Origin: Phaeosaccion multiseriatum
Taxonomy: Eukaryota; Protista; Ochrophyta, other classes
Assembly (NCBI GenBank): GCA_965112735.1
Contig: OZ218954.1
Span: 4,154,001-4,218,000 of the forward strand
Direction: 5' to 3'
DNA length: 64,000 nucleotides
Below, piece by piece: positions 25,201 through 37,509 of the stretch. Both the position numbers and the translations under genes were made by a program. Position 1 is the stretch's first letter; each line of letters begins with the position of its first letter. Under the pieces are notes generated by a model. The model searched no databases. It worked only from the letters and a program-made list of their open reading frames with translations, and was not told where the DNA came from.

Positions 25201-28200
25201 GGCAGTGAGTGTGACAGCGGGCTTGACCATATTTTTGACCAAGCTTGACAAAGGCTCGAGAAGGCCACCCTAAACACTTCAACACCCCTTGACACCGCAA
25301 TTCCCTTGGCACTGCATTCACTGCTGACTCATTGCTGACTCAGGTGGTGAGCGCCATCTTCAGTTACATCGAAGTCATGAAGAAGGTCGGGCCGCAGGAA
25401 GAGGTACGTAACGTTATGTATCATATGGGGTGTATGTGATTGCCTCTGCAGCCATGTGCGGTATGAGTTACGTGTGCGGTATGGATGCCTCTGTGTCCAC
25501 CCCCACCCCATCCAATGCCATCCCTATCGTAGTCTGCGGTTTCCGCCATATACTTTCGCTTCTCCACCACTAACCCCAACCCCCCCCCCCCTTGCCCCAT
25601 TAAATGGCATCCCCCCTTCCGTCCATTGCCATCCCTCCTGCCCATCCATCCACTGCCATCCCTAGACCTTCAAGGAGCTGTCAGCGGTTTCCGCCATGAA
25701 TTTCCGCTTCTCCTCCAAGACCCCCCCAGCGGGGTACGTCAGCCGCCTTGTGTCAAACATGCAGCACTTTCCCGTGGATAAGGTGAGAATCGAGCTCGAA
25801 ATAGAGTTCCATATAGAGCTCCATTTAGAGGTGTAGAGGTTGATACAGTATTCCCCTTTGCCAAAGCTCCATCCCTTTCTGTACCGCCTTACCGTTGCCA
25901 TCCACGACCATCCGCTGCCATCCCCTCTATACCGTTCCCCACGCCTCCTCGTCTCGTGTTACCGCCTTACCGCTGCCATCCACTGCCATCAGCTGCCATC
26001 CCCTCTGCACCCTATCTAACCTTGTCTCACCGCTGCCATCCGCTGCCATCCCCTCTGCACCCTATCTAACCTTGTCTCACCGCTGCCATCCGCTGCCATC
26101 CCCTCTGCACCCTATCTAACCTTGTCTCACCGCTGCCATCCGCTGCCATCCCCTCTGCACCCTATCTAACCTTGTCTCACCGCTGCCATCCGCTGCCATC
26201 CCCTCTGTACCCTATCTAACCTTGTCTCACCGCTGCCATCCGCTGCCATCCCCTCTGTACCCTATCTAACCTTGTCTCACCGCTGCCATCCGCTGCCATC
26301 CCCTCTGCACCCTATCTAACCTTGTCTCGCCGCAGTGCCTCTCGGGCCCTCGCCTGTACGAGCATTTCGACCCCGCTCTCATCAGCCGATTCACTGACTT
26401 ACTCACACCGGATATGATGCTGCTCGTGGTGAGTGGAGTCATATGAGTAGAGTGCTGACGTGTTTATCTCTGGTGCTGATACGGGGAGAGGGACGCAGGG
26501 AGAGGGGCGGAGGGAGGGAGGGAGGAAGAGGAAGGGAGGAAGGAGGAATGGAGGGAGGGAAGGAAGGAAGGAAGGAAGGAAGGAGGGAGGGAAGGAGGGA
26601 GGGAGAGGGGTGAGGAAGAGGAGGAAGGAGGGGAGGGAGGCTCGTAGAGGGGCGGATGGAGGGAGGGAGGAAGAGGAGGAAGGAGGGGAGAGAGGAGGGA
26701 ACGAGGAAAGGAGAGAGGGGAAGAGACCGCGAAGTCAAGGCGGGAGCGGATTCACGTCAGGGGGTAGATGTACAATGCCTTGACTCATCTCTCCCTGTCC
26801 ATTCACTGCCATCCATCCGTTCATCCCTGCCCATATGCCTCTCTCTGCCTATACCCGTATGCCTCTATCTCTCTCTCTCAGGTGCAAAGCAAGGCGAATG
26901 CGTCCCTCCCCGACCTGTGCACAGAGCGGTGGTACGGCACTCAGTACACGTCCGAGAAGGTCGACAGCGCAAATGTAAGCAAGGCAGGCACGCACGGCAG
27001 CGCACACGTGCGCGCGCACACACGGATGCACACACGCACGCACACACACAAACGAAGACCAAGCACACACACGCGTTCACGCGCGCACGCACGCACGCCC
27101 ACATGCTCAAACACACAAACTCTCTCTCACACACATATACGCACACTCGCTGACCTGTCTGCCAACTCACTTACCAACCTACCCCTCACTTACCTTCTTG
27201 CCCACTCACGACTCGCGACTCGCAATTCACAGCTGGCAAAGTGGACCAACCCCCCTACGGAACCCTCCCTGCACCTCCCTGAGCCGAACCCGATGATCGC
27301 AACCGACTTCAGCCTCAGAAGTACAGGTATATAGTATATAGAGTTTTAGGAGATTGGCATATAGTTGTCGATTTAGAGGTCGATGTAGAATATCTCGGCA
27401 TCTCCATATGTCTGTCCATGCCCCCTAACCAAATCAATCGTGTTGATATGATTCGTTTCTCCGCCTTGCCCTTCCCCCGCTGCCCTCTCCCGGTGGGCTG
27501 TCTCTCTCCGTCTCTTCTCACTCCTTCCCTCCCTCCCCCCCCCTCCTTCCTCCCTCCCTCCTTCCCCCCTCCCTCCCTCCCTCCCTCCCTCCCTCCCTCC
27601 CTCCCTCCCTCCCTCCCTCCCTCCCTCCCTCCCTCCTTCCGTCCCTCCCTCCTGTCTCACAGGGTCTCCCCCGGTGGGCTCAAGCGATGCGGAGGTCTCA
27701 GCAGAGCTCAACCGCCCACCCGAGGTGGTCCCAGACGGCCCCCCGGGGACGAAGCTCTGGTACAAGCAAGACAGGTATTGAAAGCAAGCCAATGCGAAGC
27801 AAAGCAAGCTGACAGCTGGCTGTGCTGTGCAGTGAAGTGAGAGGGAGTGGAGCCACAAGTGTCTGTGTGTGTTTCTTTGTCTCCTTTTCTGTCTTTCACT
27901 CTCTCCCTCCTCTCTCGACTCTCTCTCGCTCTCCCTTCCTCCCTCTCCCCCTCTCTGTCTCCCCTTTACTGCCTCTTTCTCTCCCTCTCGATCTCTCGTC
28001 AGATGAGCCACTCAATCGAACGCCCCTCCCCACCACCCTGCTACACACCCCCTCACTTTCCAACAAGCTGAAGCTCGAAACTTTTTTCCTTCCCTTCCTC
28101 CTGTTCCTGTCTCAGATTCTTTAAGCGGCCCATCTTAAACTTCAGACTGAGCATGGGTGAGGACAGAGCATGTTGGGACGGTGTGGGGGTGTCAGGACAG

Positions 28201-29427
28201 AGGGTGTGGACCTGACCCCTCCCCTCCCCTCTTGTCTTCCTCTCTCTCCCCCTCTCTCCCCCTGTGTCCCTCTCCCCCTCTCTACTCCTCCCCCTCCTCC
28301 CACTCCTCCTCCTCCTCCTCCTCCTCCTCCTCCCCATGAACTGCCATCAGTCACCCCTGCCAGTGTATCCTGACACTCATCACCCTGCTCCCCATCTACT
28401 GCCATCCTCTATCCTGAAACCCACCACCCTCCTCCCCACCCTCTTTCCTGACACCCACCCACCCATCCATCCATTGCCATCCTTCGTCTTGACACCCACC
28501 CAGCCACCCCGGCAATCTATGAGTCCCCCGAGGCCTTCATCCTCGCAGAGCTCCTCCAGCGCATCCTCACTGAGCTGCTCAACGAAGAGGACTACCTCGC
28601 ACAGCAGGCGGGTCTGCACAGCGGGGTGTACCTTACCAGGGTAAGGGGTATGGAAGGAAAAGAGGGTATCGTAAGGAGTGTGTCAGGGGATGTGTACCTA
28701 TACATTTAGACTGCCATCCCTGATTCTGTCCATACTCTGCACCCCCTTATGCCTCCTCTCCGTACTAACCATTGACTACCATCCTATATACCCATATACC
28801 TCTTTTCCCCAATACGCCTTTATTCAGGCGGCTCTGTGCATCGACTTCTCTGGCTACAACCACAAGCTCTCCGTGCTCGTGGAGAGAGTCATGCGGCAAG
28901 TTGCCATCTTCCAGGGGGGAGGTCAGTGTCCTGTCCATGTGCCTCTATCATAGGGGGACTCCTCTGCCTCCCTCTCTCGCCCCCTCCCCCCCCGTCTCCA
29001 CCCACCCACCCTCACCCTTCTCCCGACGCCTTCCCTCTCCCCCCCCCCTCAGCCGATGCAAAGTTCGGATCAGCTGAGGAGGAGGAGGCCGTCTTCCAGC
29101 GCCTAAGGGAAAAGCTCGACAAGGAAATGACCAACTCGTTGGTGCGTGTGCGTATGAAAGCGTGCGTGCGGGGCGTGTGTGCGGGCATGCGGGGCAAGTG
29201 ACCTCTCTCGTCCACAACCATTCGCTACCATCCACTGCCATCCACTATCATCCACTGTCATCCACTGCCATCCTCTCCGTCCACTGCCATCCACGACAAT
29301 CCTCTACCATCCGCTGCATCCACAGCCTCTCCTCTTCGCTCCTCTCCCCTCCTCTCCTCTCCTCTTGCCTCCTCACGCCCCTCCTCCTCCTCTGCTGCTC
29401 CTACTTATCCTCCTACTGCTACTCCTC

Positions 29428-29489
<62 letters not shown>

Positions 29490-29547
29490 GCTACTACTAC
29501 TGCTACTGCTACTACCCCTCCTACTCCTACGACTACTGCTGCTGCTG

Positions 29548-29578
<31 letters not shown>

Positions 29579-31661
29579 CGCTACTATTCCTCCTCCTCCA
29601 CCTCCACCACCGCCACCCCCTCCTACTCCTCCACCTCCCCTCCCACCTCCCCCCCCCCTGCCCCCCCAAAACAGTACGCCCAACCCTATGAGTTGGCCAT
29701 GAGTGCCAACAGTGAGTGTATGCAGCTCCCCAAGTGGTCTTTGGAGGAGAAACTCGCCGCCTGTAGGCTGCCATCCGTCTCCCTCCGAGCCGTGAAATTG
29801 CATGGGGCAAGGGTGTTGGGACAGATGAGCATCGAGGCCCTTGTGCACGGCAACGCCACCAAAGAAGGTACGAGTAGAAGGCATCATACGAAGTATACGA
29901 AACAAGCGGAGGATATCGTGGGGGTGGGTTGGGGGGGGGAAGGGGGCAATGGGGAATGGGGATGGCAGTGGAGGGGAAGGGGACGGCAGTGGATGATGAG
30001 ATTCTTAGCCCTGAGAACCGATATCGACGCGCTCCAAGAGCGCCCACCATCACCCCTCTTTACCTCCCCTCCCCCACCCGTCCACTGCCATCCATCCGTG
30101 CAGAGGCAAGAGCTCTCTTGGATATCGTCACCGATGCTCTGGGGGATGGTGGAGGAGGAGGGGCAGCAGTTGGTGATACAGCAGGTGTGGACAAGGCTAA
30201 GAGGGGCGTATGCCCTCTGCCAGAGGCGCTTTACCCGGACACACGTACGGTATGCCTGGATGAGGGCAAGGCCTACACATTTAGAAAGAAGGCTTCCAAC
30301 CCTGAGGAGCCCTGCAGCGCGGTGGAGGTGAGGGAGGGGAGGATGGCAATGGATGGGTGGAGGAGGAGGAGGGGGAAGAGGAGGAAGATGGCAGTGGATG
30401 AGAGGAGGAGGAGGAGACAGGGACAGGGACGAGGTCTCGAAAGCACAGCAACGGGGGGGGCGGGCGAATCCTGGATTCATCCCTCGTTCCACCTGCCTTG
30501 AGTTTGTCCTTCGTCTCCCCACGCCGTCTCCTATCGCATCCCCGTCTTTCCTTCTGTGCCCTCTCTATCCCTGCCTCTCTTCCTCTGTTCTCTCTCCCCT
30601 CTCTCTCCCTCTCCCCTCTCTCTCTGCCCTTTCTCTCTCTCTCTCTCCCTCTCTCTCTACGTTCTCCATCCTCTCTGCCTCTTTCTATGTCTCTCTCCCT
30701 CTCTTCTCTCGTGTGTGCATGTGTGTGCGTGCGTGCTTACAGGTGATTTACCAGGCGGGGCCGGAGACCATGGAGCTTGCCGCTCGCCTTCAGCTCCTCA
30801 TGCACCTCATCAATGTACGGCTGCCTCCCTTATGCATCTGTCTGTCTTGCCGGCCCATATGCCTCTGTCTTGCCTGCCCATATGCCTCTGCCTGTCTTCT
30901 CTGTAACTGCCTATCTGCCGCTCGCGCCTTCAGCTCGTCATGCACCTCATCAGTGTAGTGCTGCCTGCCCATATGCCTCCGTCCGTCTTCCCTCTCTTTG
31001 TGTGCGTGCCTCTATCTTTCTGTCTCTCTGTCTCTCATTGTCTGTCACTCTCTGTGTGTCTGTCCTCCGTCTCTTCGTAAGTCTCTCTCGCTCTCTGTCT
31101 CTGTGTGTCTGTCTTTCTGTGCGCCTCTTTTCCTTCTCTCACCCTCCCACCCCCCCCCCCTCCCTAAGGACAAGGCCTTTGAGCAGCTGAGGACGAAGGA
31201 GCAGCTGGGCTACATTGTGTTTACAGGCACAGTGAGTCAGGCAGACTTTATCCTCGGTGCTCGCTTTATCGTCATGAGCAGCACCTCCGGCCCTCTCTAT
31301 TTGGAGGAGAGAATAGAGGCATTCATAGACGGCTTCCAGGTAGGAGGGTACGGTATTAGTGTGATTGGAGTGGTTGTGCATGAGTAGGGAGGGAGGGAGG
31401 GCGGGAGGGGGTGGGAGGGGGGAGGGAGGGAGGGAGGGAGGGACGGAGGGAGCGAGGAGGTAGGGAGGAAGGTAGAGAGGGAGGGAGGGAGGGAGGGAGG
31501 GAGGGAGGGAGGGAGGGAGGGAGTGAGTGAGTGAGGTAGAATGGATGAAGCAATGGAAAGAAGAATGTGTCGGTCATACACGCCCCCCATTCACCCCCAC
31601 CCTCCGTCCCTGCGTCGCTGCCTTTGCCTCTTATTTTTTTTCTTTTGACCTGACCTGTATT

Positions 31662-31713
<52 letters not shown>

Positions 31714-32467
31714 GACTTTCCTGGAGGAGCTCAGCCCTGAGAAGTTTGTGTCCAACGTGCAGGCTGTCATCGACCACCTGTTGCAGAAGGTCAAGAGCCT
31801 TGGAGAGGAGAACAGGAAGCACTGGAAGGTGCGTTCGGATTGTGACTGGCTGCTGCTCGATTCGTAGCTCAGTTTCCAGTTTTAGTTCCCTTTGTATGTG
31901 GTATGTTGCCGTATCTACTGCCACCGCATTCTCCCGTGAAGGGAAAGGGGAAGGCCTTGTTTCGTTCCCCACACGTTCTCGCTTCCCTATCCACTGCCAT
32001 CCCTCCACCCACCCACCTGCCATGAATGAATCGTATCACGTATCGTATCACCAACTGCAACGCATGCACCGCAGGAAGTGTCCATCCGCCGTTACACCTT
32101 TGACCGCAGCAGCAAGCTCGCAGAGGCCGTGAAAGCCCTCTCTCTGGAAGACATCAAGCACACCCTCCGCACGTACCTCCTCTCCTCCTCACCGCATCGC
32201 CGCAAGTTCACTGCCAGCATCTACGGAGCAGAGCAGCCGCACGTGGACGTCGTCGTGGGGGAGAAGGAGGGAGCTGGTGGTGGTGGTGGCGGTGCTGCTG
32301 CTGCTGCTACAGCGGTTGGTGGTACGGCTGAGGTGGTGGTGGTGAAGGACGCGACTGAGTTCAGGCGCTCCATGCCTCTGTACCCGCTGCGCCCCCGCCC
32401 GGCAGAGGCAGGGCTGTCCGCTGCTGCCGTTCCAGCAGCCACCGAGGAGCCGAGTGCCAAGCTGTGA
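20601..32467 (+). CDS. IDE: Insulin-degrading enzyme / insulysin (peptidase M16A), about 30 exons, C-terminal PTS1 (AKL)
   Basis: DERDYKTIVLENKMEVLLI, GLAHFCEHMLFLGTAKYP (HxxEH across a splice), SNAYT, SHLLGHEGEGSLLS.LK.KGW, LWYKQD, FSGYNHKL, FEQLRTKEQLGYIV; ends SAKL*. Confidence 0.95.
22915..23205. repeat. Degenerate 7-bp-based (CACACCT/GACACCT) array in IDE intron
   Basis: Directly visible, ending just before the acceptor ctctaacag at 23215. Confidence 0.85.
25992..26335. repeat. 50-bp tandem repeat x7 in IDE intron
   Basis: ccctctg(c/t)accctatctaaccttgtctc recurs at 26001, 26051, 26101, 26151, 26201, 26251 and 26301. Confidence 0.95.
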
Positions 32468-32742
32468 TGTGACTCATGTGAGGTGTCAGCCGGAGCTTTG
32501 CCTGGGGCCTTTGTGTTGGGTGTTGAGGGACGAGGTAGGGTGATGGGAGAGAGAGGAGAGGGGCGGGAGGGGGGCTATGATCTCACTGACTGGCTGATGT
32601 GAGCCTTTCGCGCCAGGGCCTAGCCTTGTTTGGGCGGGAGTGGAGGGGGGCGACCAAAGAAAGAGCGGGAGGAGAGAATATAGAGAGGGCGAAGGAAGAA
32701 CGGAGTGAAAGGGCGACGAGGGAGGGGAGGGAGGAGGAGGCG

Positions 32743-33244
32743 AGGGAAGGAGCTCTGACGCCCCCAACGGGCATGATACGGCAGCAGGCAGTCTCTCCCC
32801 ACCATGCTGGACCCGGCGGGGCGTGGCTTCATGGGCAGCAAGAGCAAGGCCAAGGACGAGGTGGAGGTGACGTTTGACGGCGTGGACTTTACCGAGGAGG
32901 GCTTTGCGGCTGTGGTGCAGTTCGTCACGACGGGTAGCGTCAAGAGCCTGCGTACCCGAGGGCGCCATGGGCAGCTGAGCAGTAGCAGCAGCTCCGAGAC
33001 GGTCGGTGGTAGCGGTGACGGAAGAGATGGTGGTAGTAGTAGTGAGCCATCAGCAAAGAGCAAGAGGGAGCTCGTGAATCTGTTTGACGAGGTGAGAGCG
33101 GAGCAGGCTCTGCAGGCAGCGGGCTTCTTCTGCATCGAGGCCATGTCGAGGGAGGTGAAGGCGCTCATGACTCTGTACGGCCTCGAGCTGGCCAAGGAGG
33201 CGAACGACGAGCCGCCGAGGAAGCGAAGCAGAGAGGGCCCGTAG
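32743..33244 (+). pseudogene. Ankyrin-BTB family copy 3, 3' fragment only (ORF 32804-33244)
   Basis: Homology starts at ~32743 out of a purine-rich tract. There is a 2-nt insertion before the ATG at 32804, then an open BTB C-part and PPRKRSR tail; AATAAA at ~33276. Confidence 0.85.
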
Positions 33245-33526
33245 AGGAGCTGTTGATAATCCCCCTCCCGCGTTCAATAAATACGCTCATAAGCTCGTAA
33301 AGGCTTTGCTGACTTTTATTTTTTCCCCTCTTTCTCCTCAAGGTGCCACGGTGGCTGCAGCGGTGGGTGGGCGTTTATTGACTTTATAGAATTCCCTCCA
33401 GCTCCCCGGGGGGCGCCGACTGAACGTAGAGGGTTCTATCCACCGTAGTCTCCGTACAAAGCAGAAGAGAAGAGAAGAGAAGGAAGTTCGCCTTGAGATC
33501 AACTGAAACTGAAACTGGTGGGTAGC

Positions 33527-35369
33527 CAAGTGGCTGAAGGAGTGTGGGCTGGACATTGATGCGAGACGAGGAGGAGAGGTAGCTGACGAATATTTGGACG
33601 TTAGGGATAGGACAACTCCGCTGATCCTAGCTGCCGTGGAGGGCCACTTCGCTTTGGTTCAGGGGCTTGTGGAGGAGGGTGCAGATGTGAACATTGGTGA
33701 TTGGGGTGGCTGTGTTCCTTTGGCTGCCGCTGCAGGTGGGGCCCGCGCGTGGGACTGTAGTGGGTGGGAAAGTGACCCCATAATCGTGTCGTACCTTCTG
33801 GAGCATGGGGCCAGGGTGGAGGGAAGCTCCGCCTTGCACGGTGCCGCAGAAACTGGTTGTCCTGAGTCTGTTAGCATGCTTCTCAAGGCCGGGGCCAAGG
33901 TAGAGGAAAGACACTATAATACCACCCCAGCCCAGTTTTGCTGTGAGGGGCAGGGCGAGGGCGGCACCGAGAGATTGGAGGCCCTGTCCTTGCAAATGGA
34001 GGCAGGAGATGATTTAAACGTGAAGATTGAGGAGGTTGGCCGGTCTCTCTTGCACACTGCTGCTGAAGCCGGTCACAGTGAACTCATCGACGAGCTCGTC
34101 CGTCGAGGGCTGGAGTTGGACACGAAGGACTCTAATCAGTACACTCCTCTTCACCTCGCTGCTGTTACGGGCAAGTCCACCTGTGTGAAGGCACTCATCC
34201 GCCTCGGTGCCTCCCTCGACGCTGTTGATTCCAGGGGTAACACGCCGCTCCACTTGGCTCTCAGTGCGTTTACCCTCCTGGTGGACATTGCAGCCGAGCT
34301 GATCGACGCGGGAGCCAACGTGAACGCCAAGCTAGACGACAACTTTGCACCCCTTCATCTGGCAGCGGCACGGGGCAGCATGGAGCTTGCGTACCTCCTG
34401 TTGGAGGCTGGGGCTGAGGTCGACGCACTGACCACCAAGGAGTTCAGCCCCTCGATGGTGTGCATGGCTCCTGCAAAGGCCGAAGCTTCATGCCTGGCCT
34501 TCACAGGGTCCAAGCGAGGGAGAAAGAAGGTGGCGGCATTCCTGCTGGAGATGGGCGCTGCCGTCACCAAGTCAGTCATGGCCCTGGCTGGAGAGAGCGA
34601 TTGTGGGGACGTCATTGAAGCTTTCGTCAGTGCCGCGAGAGACGCACAAACTGCTTCTGATGGTGTTTGCAATACGGTGGCTGGGCATTTCTCCGGCTCT
34701 GCCTACTCTGAGGCCGCCAAGGAGGGCCGTGTGGTGCGAGTGCGCTTGGTAGACAGGACAACGGGGAAGAGGAAGGACACGCAGTACACACTGAGCATAC
34801 CCCTGATGGAGCTACTGATGAACAAGACTGAGGGAGAGGGAGGGAGCTCTGACGGCCCGGACAGGCATGCTACGGCGGCAGGCAGTCTCCCCACCATGCT
34901 GGACCCGGCGGGGCGTGGCTTCATGGGCATCAAGAGCAAGGCCAAGGACGAGGTGGAGGTGACCTTTGACGGAGTGGACTTTACCGAGGAGGGCTTTGCG
35001 GCTGTGGTGCAGTTCGTCACGACGGGTAGCGTCAAGAGCCTGCTTACCCGAGGGCGTCGTGGGCAGCTGAGCACGGAGAGCGGAGGTGGTACGAATAGTA
35101 GCAGTAGCAGCAGCAGCTCCGATGCAGTCAGTTGCGGCGGTTATGGTGTAAGTAGTAGTGAGGCAGCAGGAGAGAGGAAGAGGGAGCGCGTGAAGCTGTT
35201 CGACGAGGTGAGAGCGCAGCAGGCCCTGCAGGCAGCGGCCTTTTTCTGCATCGAGGCCATGTCGAGGGAGGTGAAGGCGCTCATGACTCTGTACGGCTTC
35301 GAGCTGGCCAAGGAGGGGGAGGAGAAGGATGAGCCGCCGAGGAAGCGAAGCAGAGAGGAGGACCCTTAG
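33527..35369 (+). CDS. Ankyrin-BTB family copy 4, uninterrupted frame but lacking the N-terminus and an upstream ATG
   Basis: Homology starts at KWLKECGLDID (~33527) with an in-frame stop just upstream, and the frame is then open to 35369. It may be spliced to an unseen exon or be a recent truncation. Confidence 0.8.
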
Positions 35370-36369
35370 TATGTCAGCCTTCCTCTCACTGACTCATATA
35401 TTGATGGGTTCCGAAGAGTGGCGTGAGGAGAGCTGAAGCTACGATCGTAACCGTAGGAGGGTAACAACAGGTGCCATTTGTTGAACCATCACCTCGTCCA
35501 CTGTCAAACGGATGACAACCAACGTTACACAGCCCAAGACAAGACCAACAAGCAAGGTGTCTTCCAAGCAAGCCCAAGTTCAAAGTTCGAAGTAAATCAT
35601 CAAGGCTGAGAGAGAAGCAAGAACAAAGGAGACAACTCCTCTGAGTGGGCACCTACTGTAGTGGGTAAATAATGCTAGAGTGAGTCAGTGGGTAAATAAT
35701 ATGGTTATAATCATAACTGGAGTGGAGTGAGTGGTTAAGGGCTTGGAAGAAGCTCTCCCATACACGGCAACGTCGTGTCGTAGTCTACACATTTCCCCAC
35801 AAGCATTGTACACCATCGTCGAGCCATAGAGTGCCATTCTTTCCATGTCGATGGCGCTCTGTCGCTCGACTCACCAAACCTCGATTGGCAATCATTGGCT
35901 GCGGACACCGAGTACCATTCTCTGTTGTACTTAGTACGTCAAGCCAAAGAGTGCCGAATGCCTTCCTTCTGCTGCGATTGTAGCAATGGCATTCCATGGA
36001 TGGACCGCCCGACACTCTCTACACAGGTCGACAGGCACGTCTCTCCAATTGGCGAACCAAAGACAATGGGCACACGCAGATGAAACTAAACCAAATTAAC
36101 TATTTAAAAAAAAAAAAAAAAGTAAAAAAAAAAAAGAAGGGAGAAGCGGCATGCGGCCGAAAGCCGAGAAGCCAGGGGCTGGGCGGCGACCAGCAGAAGG
36201 CAGTCACCAGTGGGAAAGAGCGACAAGCCAGAAGCCAGAGGCGGCCTACGGCCGAAAGCCGAGAAGCCAGCGCTGGCCTGCGGCCAGAAGCCTATCGCCC
36301 AGAAGCCAGAGGCCAGAGAAATAGCTTTTGGGGCCGACGACTCGATCCCAGCACACTTGCACAGTCCGT

Positions 36370-37236
36370 TCACAGCTCTACAACCTTCTCATCCCTGACA
36401 GCATCATCAGCCTCGACATCACTCCCCGCAGATGATGCTGATGATGATGTCTGCAGCAAGGCGTAGAAGCTCGGGATGGCGCCTGCTTCGCCATCGCCCA
36501 ACGCAATCGTAGTAATGGTGGTGGGTCCCGCTGCGATGGTCACCCACTTGGCAGGGTCGGAGAACCACTGCTCATGGGACTCGGCTCCGAACCCGTGTGG
36601 CATGATTCCATGCTGTATGACTTTGTGCATCCCTGCTGGCAAGCCGGAGGCGCTATCCGAAGACTTGGTCAACAAGTACTCGAGCGCAGTGCCGTCTGTT
36701 TCATACAAGTAAAAACTACCCTTTTCGCCAAGCGCAGAGTGCAAGTTGCCCACCGCAGCACCCATGTGCTGAGCCTTGATAAGATGAAGCACCCCACGAG
36801 CGTGAACGTTCACGTCACCAAGCCGAGTGTGCAAGGCCTCGACGCCGGCGGTGTCGGTCATGTCGAGAACCTCAAACTCGACATTCGACAGACCCGCACA
36901 TGTCGTCTTCTCGGCAAGTGCCACAGCAGCCTGTGATACATCTGCGCAAATGACACGGTCGAAATGCTGGGCAAGCCAGGCACTCCGGCGGCCATTGCCA
37001 CACCCAAAGTCGAGCAGCGGAAGAGTTGTATCCCCGTGGAGCTTGAGAAGCTCAAGGGCTTGCCCCATCATGTGGTCATCTTCGCTGTCCCAAATCACCT
37101 GGCCGCCGACGCCTGCACTCTCGACGGACGACCAGTAGCTGTCCCACTGGCCTCGATAGTCAGAAGAAGAGTAGCCGATGAGTTTGTAGAATGCAATGAA
37201 GGGTGCAGCCCGGAGCATTCGCCATATGCTGGGCAT
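36370..37236 (-). CDS. Class I SAM-dependent methyltransferase, intronless, bacterial-like
   Basis: Motif I LLDFGCGNGR, post-I VICADVSQAAVALA, VEFEVLDM and RGVLHLI; first ATG at 37236. Confidence 0.88.
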   Translation of the reverse strand: MPSIWRMLRAAPFIAFYKLIGYSSSDYRGQWDSYWSSVESAGVGGQVIWDSEDDHMMGQALELLKLHGDTTLPLLDFGCGNGRRSAWLAQHFDRVICADVSQAAVALAEKTTCAGLSNVEFEVLDMTDTAGVEALHTRLGDVNVHARGVLHLIKAQHMGAAVGNLHSALGEKGSFYLYETDGTALEYLLTKSSDSASGLPAGMHKVIQHGIMPHGFGAESHEQWFSDPAKWVTIAAGPTTITTIALGDGEAGAIPSFYALLQTSSSASSAGSDVEADDAVRDEKVVEL

Positions 37237-37509
37237 TTTATCTCCCGCCGGCTGCGTTAGATCCTCTCCCGCCGTGAGGAGGTGAAGAAAGTGGAGCAAC
37301 AACAGTCCCTATTATCCAACGTACGTCTATTGTCACTTGCTCTTGGACGAACACCCAGACGTACTTCTGTTGAGAGGAAGAGATTCTGAGTTTTTGTTTT
37401 TGTTTTATCACGAAGATGCATGCGAGAATCCGAGATGTGCTTGACACGATAGGACTCACAGATTGAATCACCAACGCATTCCAAACCTTCAAATGTGGTG
37501 AAGGGCGGG

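Noticed and set aside
25992-26335. Regular arrays (also 17976-18213 and 49167-49608) as CRISPR
   Set aside because: Head-to-tail units with no unique spacers, no cas genes, and a eukaryotic context.
5703-32074. Nucleosome-quantised intron lengths
   Set aside because: Approximate lengths range fairly continuously from ~120 to ~550 nt, with no convincing periodicity in this sample.
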